Origin: Peptococcaceae bacterium
Lineage (GTDB): Bacteria; Bacillota; Peptococcia; Peptococcales; Peptococcaceae
Direction: 5' to 3'
NCBI GenBank assembly: GCA_017399005.1
Contig: JAFQEO010000039.1
Coordinates: 376-24,375 of the forward strand
Length of the DNA: 24,000 nt
Shown: positions 1 through 6,419 of the stretch, one piece after another
How positions within the stretch are numbered: the first letter of the stretch is position 1
How the letters are laid out: each line of letters starts with the position of its first letter
Notes under the pieces: model-generated
The model's input: the letters and a program-made list of their open reading frames with translations, nothing else
Database searches by the model: none
What the model was told of the DNA's origin: nothing
Made by a program: the position numbers and the translations under genes

Positions 1-216
1 GGATGACAAAATCTCTTCAATACGCTTTAAGGAAAAGTCAAGTTCACGGTAAAAGAGAATCTCTTGCATACGAAGAAAAGATTTTTCGTCGTAAAAGCGA
101 TAGCCTGTAGTTTTGTCAACAAAGGCTGGTATCAACAATCCTATTTCATCGTAATAATGCAGTGTGCGCACACTTACACCCGTAAAATCGGCAAATTCTT
201 TAATCTGCATTTTCAA
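1..216 (-). CDS. MerR-family transcriptional regulator, N-terminal fragment (gene runs off the left edge)
   Basis: Hand translation of the minus strand: (TTG)[71 protein letters not shown]; the [19 protein letters not shown] pattern is the classic MerR wHTH. GAGGTGA Shine-Dalgarno precedes TTG at 216; ATG at 210 is the alternative start. Confidence 0.88.
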   Translation of the reverse strand, partial: MKMQIKEFADFTGVSVRTLHYYDEIGLLIPAFVDKTTGYRFYDEKSFLRMQEILFYRELDFSLKRIEEILSS

Positions 217-313
217 TTTTATCACCTCACAACAAGAGCATACACTATGACGGAGCGTGAGAGTCAATACCCTTTTGAAAAAATATGGATTGATGTTCGA
301 AAAATTCTAATTG

Positions 314-496
314 TTATTCTTCATTGTCTCTGTTTTGTCCATCAAATGCTGTTCCAATGCCGACACCAATACATAAACCAATCGATATCCAGACTGGTAT
401 ATTGTTGGCTGCAGCACCAATTGCAACACCGACGGAAAGACCGATGCCCATAAAAATCGGTAAATAATGGGGGTTATCTTCCTGTTTATGTTTCAT
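314..496 (-). CDS. Small glycine-rich two-helix membrane protein, unknown function
   Basis: ORF MKHKQEDNPHYLPIFMGIGLSVGVAIGAAANNIPVWISIGLCIGVGIGTAFDGQNRDNEE; G-rich upstream SD; two Gly-zipper-like hydrophobic segments. The track start at 520 is 8 codons upstream. Confidence 0.7.
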   Translation of the reverse strand: MKHKQEDNPHYLPIFMGIGLSVGVAIGAAANNIPVWISIGLCIGVGIGTAFDGQNRDNEE

Positions 497-549
497 ATAG
501 ATATGTTCCCCCCTATTCAACTTCCAATTTGCCTGTCTGTTTTATTCTC

Positions 550-2037
550 CTACCGCTTCTTCTGCGGTTTAATCAGCAATGTACAGAACAGAGAAATCAC
601 CAGGAACACGGCCAGATACAGATAGTCGGTATTTACGGCCTGGATGGCGGCCAGGCGATATTCCATGGTGCCTTCCTGCGGGATACCGGTGTTGCCGGCT
701 GCCAGATAGTAACGGTTCAGGTTGAGGCTCAGCACTACGGTTAAGATGTTGGTGGATACCACCTGCACCACCTGTTTGCCCCAGTTATACAGCGAGGAGG
801 CATGGCCGGACAGTTCCGGCGGCACGGCGCTTAAGCCGTAGTTGGTCAGCGGCATCTGCAAGAGCGATAACCCGGCATAACGCATGGTAAAGCAGATTAA
901 CACAAATACCGCATTGCTGTCGATTTTTAAATTGCACAGCCCCAGATTGCCGACTAGCACAATCAGCACCCCGCCGGTAATCAGCGTGCGCACAAACCCT
1001 TTTGCATGAAGCCGGATGGCGATGGTATTTGCCACCAGCATGGAAAGTGCCGGAATCAGCAGAAACATCCCGGTTTCCGCCGGCGACCAGCCTCTGCCGG
1101 TCTGAAAATAAAACTGGCTCAGCATGGCGTTGATGCCCAGTGTCATCGCCAGAGTGCACTGCACCAGCATAGCCAGCGCAAATGGCTTAAATTTCAGCAC
1201 TCCAAAATTCAAAAGCGGATGGGACGTATGGAACTGCCGATACACAAAAATCAGCTCCAGTGCCAGCCCGGTTAACAGGCAGCCCCAGAACAGAGCCGAC
1301 CTCCAGCCCCAGGCATCGCCCTCGGTAAAGGCAATCATAATCATACCGGTACCGATGGATACCTGCAGAATACCGAAGAAATCAAATTTATCGGTGTTTT
1401 TACCCTCTTCTGCCGGAATGCTCTTATAGCCAATCCACAGCACCAGCAGCACAAAGGGAATATTAAACAGAAACAGGAAGTGCCAGCTGGAAAAAGTCAG
1501 CATAATCCCTGCCAGTGTAGGTCCGATGGTAACCCCCACCGACTGGAACATCATCGCGGTACCCAGATAAGGCTCCTGCTGTTTTTTCGGAATATAGCGG
1601 TACAGCATAGCCACAGTGCTTGGCACCACAACACCACCGGCAATCCCTTTTAAAAAGCGGAAAGCCACCAGCATATAAAAGCTGGTGGAACAGGCACAGC
1701 CCAGCGAGCTGAGCCCCATCACCGCAATGGCCGACAGAAACACCTTACGATAACTGTACCGTTCACACAGATACCCGGCCAGCGGCATCATCATACCCAG
1801 CGGCAGCATATAGCCCACCACTACCCACTGCACCGTATTGATATCCACATGGAAAATAGACATATAAGACGGCAGCGAAATATTCACCGTCGATGTATTC
1901 AGCATTGTAATCAGGTTGGTCAGCATTACCGCCACCAGAAACTTGCGGTTGCGGCTGGCCGATGCTTTATCCAGTTCTGCAGGTTCCCCCATAGTCGTCA
2001 TCTTCTTTCTAAAATCATTCAAACGAAAATCATTCAA
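550..2037 (-). CDS. MFS multidrug efflux transporter, DHA2 / EmrB-QacA-like, about 14 TM segments
   Basis: 495-aa ORF; LNTSTVNISLPSY...VQWVVVGYMLPLGMMMPLAGYLCERYSYRKVF signature of DHA2 drug:H+ antiporters. True start may be an internal ATG (MTTMGEPAEL or MGEPAEL). Confidence 0.88.
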   Translation of the reverse strand: MNDFRLNDFRKKMTTMGEPAELDKASASRNRKFLVAVMLTNLITMLNTSTVNISLPSYMSIFHVDINTVQWVVVGYMLPLGMMMPLAGYLCERYSYRKVFLSAIAVMGLSSLGCACSTSFYMLVAFRFLKGIAGGVVVPSTVAMLYRYIPKKQQEPYLGTAMMFQSVGVTIGPTLAGIMLTFSSWHFLFLFNIPFVLLVLWIGYKSIPAEEGKNTDKFDFFGILQVSIGTGMIMIAFTEGDAWGWRSALFWGCLLTGLALELIFVYRQFHTSHPLLNFGVLKFKPFALAMLVQCTLAMTLGINAMLSQFYFQTGRGWSPAETGMFLLIPALSMLVANTIAIRLHAKGFVRTLITGGVLIVLVGNLGLCNLKIDSNAVFVLICFTMRYAGLSLLQMPLTNYGLSAVPPELSGHASSLYNWGKQVVQVVSTNILTVVLSLNLNRYYLAAGNTGIPQEGTMEYRLAAIQAVNTDYLYLAVFLVISLFCTLLIKPQKKR

Positions 2038-2062
2038 AATAAATCAAACACTCTAACAAAAT

Positions 2063-2091
2063 ATTATAGCACATTTCACTATAGACTGAAA
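2063..2091 (-). promoter_or_regulatory. Candidate promoter of the DHA2 MFS gene (TTTCAG-N17-TATAAT with extended TGC -10)
   Basis: Minus-strand perfect TATAAT preceded by TGn; -35 is weak. Confidence 0.6.
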
Positions 2092-2182
2092 ACGAGAAAT
2101 CCTGTACCACACCTTCTCGGTTCATCATTCCGCGGACATATGTTTATCACATAAAAACAATACTTATTTTGTAAAATAGAAC

Positions 2183-2211
2183 TTTACATCTATTTCCAAT
2201 CGTGATATACT
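2183..2211 (+). promoter_or_regulatory. Candidate sigma-70 promoter of the D5-like helicase gene (TTTACA-N17-TATACT)
   Basis: Hexamers with exact 17-nt spacing. The promoter overlaps the track start at 2202, which argues for the 2274 ATG as the true start. Confidence 0.7.
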
Positions 2212-2273
2212 GCCTTTCAACAAAATTTACCAGAGATAACACCTTTACACACATCAGGGAAGGAGACCATTTT

Positions 2274-3866
2274 ATGACACAAGAACTTGTAATTCCCCAT
2301 GCTGCCGAACCCGAACTTCTGGACAATGCACCGGTACCCGTTGCAGAACCCATTGCCGAACCGGTTGCAGAACATCCGGCAAAACCCGTCCCGGCGGCCA
2401 GACCGTGGGACCGGGCAAAAGCACCGGAAACCGTGGAGGAAACCATCAACTGCTATGAGCCAAACGATGTAGGCAATGCCCGGCGCTTTCTGGATATACA
2501 CGGAAACACGGTACGATTCTGCGCTGCCGAAGACCAGTGGTATGCGTTTAACGGCATCCAGTGGAGTACTGCCACCACCGCCCATGTTGAGCGAATGGCC
2601 TTTCAGTCTCTCGAGGAATCCTACCAGAAAGAGGCACAGTATTTTAAAGAGCGGGACGATTTCGGCTATTTTAAAGACCTCCGCAAACAGACAGCAAAGC
2701 AGGGCATCGATGCCGGTAAAGCCAGAACCGTCAGCGACTGCGTAAAAGCCTCTGCCTTTTTAAATATCATCGAGCCGGAGGAGTTTAACAACGACCCTTA
2801 CTGGTTCCATGCAAAAAACGGTGCCCTTTATCTGAAACCGACCACGGTTATGGATAACGGAGAGGAAATTTTCCGTTATGAAGCAAAGCTAGGGAACAAT
2901 CCCAAACACTACTTTACCCGTACCGCCGGGGTATCCCTTCCGGGGCCGGAAGATTTGCACGATACGCCGCAGTGCCCCACCTGGGTTCAGTTTGTATACA
3001 CCTGTGCAGGGAAGGACCGAGCGGTATACAAATATCTGCAGAAAGCGGCCGGATACTCGGTGTTAACCGGTGATATCTCCGAGCAGAAGGTATTCTGCCT
3101 GCTGGGTGCCGGACGCAACGGCAAGTCGCTGTTTATCAACACACTGGCCGAGATTGCCGGTGACTACGCCTGCAAAATCGAATCGTCCATTCTGTGCCGC
3201 AACCGGTTTAACGAGCAGGACACCGACACCGCCAAAGAGCTGTTCCGCATGAAAGACAGCCGGTTTGTATATACCAGCGAATTCGGAAGCAGCAACACCT
3301 TGAACGAAGCCTTCATCAAAGCCATTACCGACGGCGGTAAAATCAGTGCACGGCAGCTTTACAGCTCTGCCATTGAATACACACCAACCTATAAGCTGTG
3401 GTTTTCCACCAACCATATGCCAAATCTGCAATCCATCGACGAAGGCATTCGCCGCCGCATTGTGGTAATTCCGTTCCGCAGCCAGATTCCGGAAAACCAG
3501 ATTGACCGTTCTCTGGCCGATAAACTGCGGGCCGAATACACTCAGATCCTGATCTGGCTGCTTCTGGGCTATAACGCCTATCTCTGTGAAGGGCTGGAGC
3601 CTCCAGAAGCCGTGCGCAGCGCCACCGCCAGCTACTTTGAGGAGCAGGACGTATTCCAGCGGTTTTTAAACGAATCCTATGTAATCGACCCAAACGGCAA
3701 AATCGCCGCCCGCACCCTCTATCAGCACTATCAGGGCTGGTGTGCGGAAAACGGCGAGAAAGCCGTGAGCAATAATAAGTTTGGAATGGAAATAACACGG
3801 CTTGGTGTAGAAAAAGGACGCGGAAAGCATGGAATTTTCTACCGCCTGAATGAAAAAACCTTATGA
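2274..3866 (+). CDS. Phage/plasmid P4-family D5-type SF3 helicase (DNA primase/helicase C-terminal part), stand-alone
   Basis: ATG at 2274 preceded by GGAAGGAG. Walker A GAGRNGKS, motif B FVYTSEF, motif C LWFSTNHMP and RRRIVVIPF, typical of phage/plasmid primase P4-family C-terminal helicases. N-terminus has a Pro/Ala/Glu low-complexity linker; no recognisable primase domain. Confidence 0.9.
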   Translation: MTQELVIPHAAEPELLDNAPVPVAEPIAEPVAEHPAKPVPAARPWDRAKAPETVEETINCYEPNDVGNARRFLDIHGNTVRFCAAEDQWYAFNGIQWSTATTAHVERMAFQSLEESYQKEAQYFKERDDFGYFKDLRKQTAKQGIDAGKARTVSDCVKASAFLNIIEPEEFNNDPYWFHAKNGALYLKPTTVMDNGEEIFRYEAKLGNNPKHYFTRTAGVSLPGPEDLHDTPQCPTWVQFVYTCAGKDRAVYKYLQKAAGYSVLTGDISEQKVFCLLGAGRNGKSLFINTLAEIAGDYACKIESSILCRNRFNEQDTDTAKELFRMKDSRFVYTSEFGSSNTLNEAFIKAITDGGKISARQLYSSAIEYTPTYKLWFSTNHMPNLQSIDEGIRRRIVVIPFRSQIPENQIDRSLADKLRAEYTQILIWLLLGYNAYLCEGLEPPEAVRSATASYFEEQDVFQRFLNESYVIDPNGKIAARTLYQHYQGWCAENGEKAVSNNKFGMEITRLGVEKGRGKHGIFYRLNEKTL

Positions 3867-3877
3867 TTATCCTGTTT

Positions 3878-4041
3878 GGGTGTAGTCGGGTGTATATCTG
3901 GTGCAGCTTTGGTGTAGGCACTTTTGTGTCAACCAATAGGCCGGTGTAGGAGTGTAGGACTTTTTAGAAAAAAATTAAAAATCGAAACAATATTATAAAA
4001 AACTTTCCAAAAAGTACTACATGTCCTACACCACCTACACC
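3878..4041 (+). repeat. Iteron-like cluster: GGGTGTAG / GGGTGTAT / TGGTGCAG / TGGTGTAG / CGGTGTAGG / AGTGTAGG, then inverted CCTACACC x2 across an A/T-rich spacer
   Basis: Direct reading: units at 3878, 3888, 3899, 3910, 3942 and 3951; inverted units at 4025-4032 and 4034-4041; A/T-rich interval 3961-4015. Confidence 0.6.
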
Positions 4042-4058
4042 CTGTATCCTTTTCAATC

Positions 4059-4087
4059 TTGACGCATAGATTCTAATATGGTAGTAT
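4059..4087 (+). promoter_or_regulatory. Promoter of small-RNA unit copy 1 (TTGACG-N17-TAGTAT)
   Basis: Exact 17-nt spacing; sequence almost identical to copy 2 at 5257-5285. Confidence 0.75.
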
Positions 4088-4093
4088 ATATTT

Positions 4094-4186
4094 AATAAAA
4101 GAGTTGTTGCGTGACGGCAACCCTGAGAATTATCTAAACGAAGATTACCCCGTCGACTTTTCCGAGGAGCAGACGGGGTAGTTTTT
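4094..4186 (+). ncRNA. Candidate orphan antitoxin-like small RNA (copy 1), about 90 nt
   Basis: Follows the promoter; 5' hairpin GTTGT-TGCGTGACG-GCAAC; Rho-independent terminator TACCCCGTC...GACGGGGTA-GTTTTT (4146-4186). No toxin ORF follows. Confidence 0.6.
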
Positions 4187-4198
4187 CACCTGTAAAAT

Positions 4199-4229
4199 AA
4201 GCCGGTACTGACTATCCAGATACCGGCTT
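4199..4229 (-). terminator. Terminator of the LRR lipoprotein gene, possibly bidirectional
   Basis: Inverted repeat AAGCCGGTA...TACCGGCTT flanked by T-rich tracts on both sides, just past the stop codon at 4245. Confidence 0.75.
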
Positions 4230-4244
4230 TTCTCGTTTATTCAG

Positions 4245-5162
4245 TTATACGGTCAGAAAATCTACCAGTTTCTTCTCTGCTACATTCTCGATGTTAATAC
4301 CAGTTGCTCCATTTGGAACCTCAATGATGAATTTCAGAAGGTTTCCTTCAATGACTACGTTCTCCGGTATACCTTCCCACTCATCCCGGCTGATTTCCTC
4401 TACATCTGGCTGCTGTAATACAATCTGACGGGTAGCATAATCCAGACTCACAAATTTTAATTTATTCGAATAGCAATTCATAAATGCATCGTCGTACACT
4501 GACAGATGCCGTAAATTCGGTGTATTATCAATTTGCAACTCGGTAATCTGATTATTCGAACAGTCAACCGAAACCAGATTCGGCGCACTGCTGATATCCA
4601 GTTCTGTCAAACGGTTGAAACTAACATCTATACTCTGAATGTTCGGCAGCCCTTCAAGGTCTAACTCCGCCAGCTGACCGCCACTGCAATGCAGACCTTT
4701 CAAAGCTGGAAGATAATCATAGGAAATTTTTGTAAGTTCTTCATTGCCAGCACAGCTCAAATCCTCCAGATTCTTTGCGTTGCTTAAATCCAATTCTTTC
4801 AGGTTATTGTAAGGACAAGTGAGATATACAATACTTTCTGGAAGAACCAGAGTTTCAATATGGTTACTGTGAACATTCAAAAACGTCAGCCCTGTAAGCG
4901 CTGATACATCTAACGTTCCCGCAACAGGCTGTTCCCCGTAATAAAGAGCTATACTTTCTACTCTTCTAGGGTTATCCTTACTCCAGGAAGTAACAAAATC
5001 CCACGCTTTCACGTCATCCTTCGGTACATCCCAGCCGTGTTCATCAATCAGCTGATTAATGGCCGCAATATCGTTCTGGTCATATTCGGCCCCACAGCCA
5101 GTCAAACAGCAGACAAAACATAACAGCAATCCGATAATCAGCACATATTTTGGTGTTTTCAT
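4245..5162 (-). CDS. Leucine-rich-repeat lipoprotein (internalin-like LRR, secreted)
   Basis: Signal peptide with lipobox LTGC; repeated LxxLxLxxxxNLxxLxCSxNxLTELD pattern; SD AGGAGGCG upstream. Confidence 0.82.
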   Translation of the reverse strand: MKTPKYVLIIGLLLCFVCCLTGCGAEYDQNDIAAINQLIDEHGWDVPKDDVKAWDFVTSWSKDNPRRVESIALYYGEQPVAGTLDVSALTGLTFLNVHSNHIETLVLPESIVYLTCPYNNLKELDLSNAKNLEDLSCAGNEELTKISYDYLPALKGLHCSGGQLAELDLEGLPNIQSIDVSFNRLTELDISSAPNLVSVDCSNNQITELQIDNTPNLRHLSVYDDAFMNCYSNKLKFVSLDYATRQIVLQQPDVEEISRDEWEGIPENVVIEGNLLKFIIEVPNGATGINIENVAEKKLVDFLTV

Positions 5163-5194
5163 AAGGTATCGCCTCCTGTCATTGTGTTAATTTT

Positions 5195-5223
5195 ATTATA
5201 ACAGAAACTCCTATCCGGCTCAA
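5195..5223 (-). promoter_or_regulatory. Candidate promoter of the LRR lipoprotein gene (TTGAGC-N17-TATAAT)
   Basis: Minus-strand hexamers with 17-nt spacing upstream of the SD. Confidence 0.65.
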
Positions 5224-5256
5224 TTTTTATTTTCAAATCACAAATCTGTTATCCTC

Positions 5257-5285
5257 TTGACGCATAGATTCTAATGTGGTAGTAT
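5257..5285 (+). promoter_or_regulatory. Promoter of small-RNA unit copy 2 (TTGACG-N17-TAGTAT)
   Basis: Exact spacing and near-identity with copy 1. Confidence 0.78.
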
Positions 5286-5291
5286 ATACTT

Positions 5292-5384
5292 AATAAAAGA
5301 GTTGCTGCGTGACGGCAACCCTGATACTTTGTTTCTTGAGAATTACCCCGTCAACATTTCCTAGGTGCGGACGGGGTAGTTTTA
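5292..5384 (+). ncRNA. Candidate type I antitoxin RNA (copy 2), convergent to the small toxin gene
   Basis: 5' hairpin GTTGC-TGCGTGACG-GCAAC; terminator TACCCCGTC (5344-5352) / GACGGGGTA (5370-5378) followed by GTTTT; points into the 3' end of the 28-aa hydrophobic peptide gene. Confidence 0.68.
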
Positions 5385-5406
5385 TGCCCTTTTACAGGCG
5401 GTTCAA

Positions 5407-5493
5407 CTATTTTTCGCCATTAAAAAGGGCGATTACTGCTACGATTAGTAAGCCGAATGTAAATAAACTCGTTAAGGCTTCCCATGTTACCAT
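5407..5493 (-). CDS. 28-aa hydrophobic peptide, putative holin-like / Fst-TxpA-like type I toxin
   Basis: Hand translation MVTWEALTSLFTFGLLIVAVIALFNGEK*; single TM helix with charged C-terminus; purine-rich SD AAAGGGGGTGGGAG upstream; absent from the ORF track because of its size. Resembles the annotated 'putative holin-like toxin' peptides starting MVTxE. Confidence 0.75.
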   Translation of the reverse strand: MVTWEALTSLFTFGLLIVAVIALFNGEK

Positions 5494-5569
5494 AGCTCCC
5501 ACCCCCTTTAAGCGGGCTACCGTCCACTGCTATCCATTGTGAAAAACAATGTGCAACAACTCTGTCCAC

Positions 5570-5598
5570 ATTTTACCATGCGAACAGACATTCTGCAA
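5570..5598 (-). promoter_or_regulatory. Candidate promoter of the small toxin mRNA (TTGCAG-N17-TAAAAT)
   Basis: Minus-strand hexamers with exact 17-nt spacing, about 70 nt upstream of the toxin start. Confidence 0.6.
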
Positions 5599-5634
5599 TA
5601 CGTTTTCCAAAATAAAATTAACATTCTGTAAAAT

Positions 5635-5662
5635 AAGCCGGTATCACTCTCGATACCGGCTT
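5635..5662 (-). terminator. Terminator of the XRE regulator gene (11-bp stem), possibly bidirectional
   Basis: AAGCCGGTATC ACTCTC GATACCGGCTT followed on the minus strand by ATTTTA, located 8 nt past the stop at 5670. Confidence 0.75.
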
Positions 5663-5669
5663 TTATCAT

Positions 5670-6311
5670 TTATTCGTCTTTCATAATATACTGTTTATCG
5701 ATTGCCAGATTCACCAGAACGGCTGCACACATATACACCACCAGCACCAGCACTTCAAACAGCAGGCTGGAGTATGGCCTTGGATAAAATGCTGCAGCGG
5801 CGCTCATGGCAAAGCGAACGGGGAAGTACAGCCCCAGCCACGCGGATATTTTATAAAACCGGCGGCGAAAGGCTTTTGTCTGCACGGTCTGTTTGCCGGT
5901 GTTTTTCTGATAGGCATATTCAAAACCGCCAATGGCTGCCACAAAGGGCAGAAAGCTTAAAAATGCAAAGACTACATTCTGCAGAATCACCACGCTCATA
6001 AACTGAATCAGCAGAACCATAACCTCTAATGTAATCAGATAAATGAGTATGCGGCCAATGTCGTTTTCATCGGCAGCCGGTACGGGCTCCTGCACTTGCG
6101 TTTTGTATTCATCCACATCATCGTTTAAGAGATAATCGGCACTCACGGCAAATACTCTGCTTAACTGCCGGATGTTGTTTGCATCAGGCAGAGCGGAGCC
6201 CGACTCCCAGCGCGAAATTGCCTGCCGGGATACGTTCAGTTTTTCCGCAAGCTGCTCCTGGCTCATCCCCTCTTTTTTGCGAAGCATTAAAATTTTGTCA
6301 CTCAGTTTCAT
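5670..6311 (-). CDS. XRE-family HTH regulator with C-terminal membrane segments
   Basis: MKLSDKILMLRKKEGMSQEQLAEKLNVSRQAISRWESGSALPDANNIRQLSRVFAVSADYLL HTH signature followed by about 4 hydrophobic helices. Start chosen at 6311 (track start 6347). Confidence 0.88.
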   Translation of the reverse strand: MKLSDKILMLRKKEGMSQEQLAEKLNVSRQAISRWESGSALPDANNIRQLSRVFAVSADYLLNDDVDEYKTQVQEPVPAADENDIGRILIYLITLEVMVLLIQFMSVVILQNVVFAFLSFLPFVAAIGGFEYAYQKNTGKQTVQTKAFRRRFYKISAWLGLYFPVRFAMSAAAAFYPRPYSSLLFEVLVLVVYMCAAVLVNLAIDKQYIMKDE

Positions 6312-6419
6312 AAAATCACCCCTGCTGTCGGTTTTGTTTGCTCTCATTATAGCAGACAGGCGGTTTTTAAGCTATCACTTACGGGTTGCAATTCCGCAAC
6401 AAGAGGTTACATCGGGTAG

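Noticed and set aside
2202-2273. N-terminal 24-codon extension of the D5-like helicase in the ORF track
   Set aside because: The start codon sits in the promoter spacer (-10 at 2206-2211); a strong SD precedes ATG 2274.
3863-3950. Short ORF overlapping the helicase stop (ATGA) through the GGTGTAG array
   Set aside because: About 28 codons, low-quality composition, no independent RBS evidence; the repeats are better explained as DNA elements.
5240-5254. 15-bp match AAATCTGTTATCCTC with about 17017-17031
   Set aside because: An exact 15-mer is expected by chance about once in a few 24-kb windows, and flanks do not extend the match.
5309-5542. Track ORF of 77 aa on + strand (MTATLILCFLRIT...)
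   Set aside because: Runs through the antitoxin RNA terminator and is antisense to the better supported 28-aa toxin gene; no SD, no recognisable domain.
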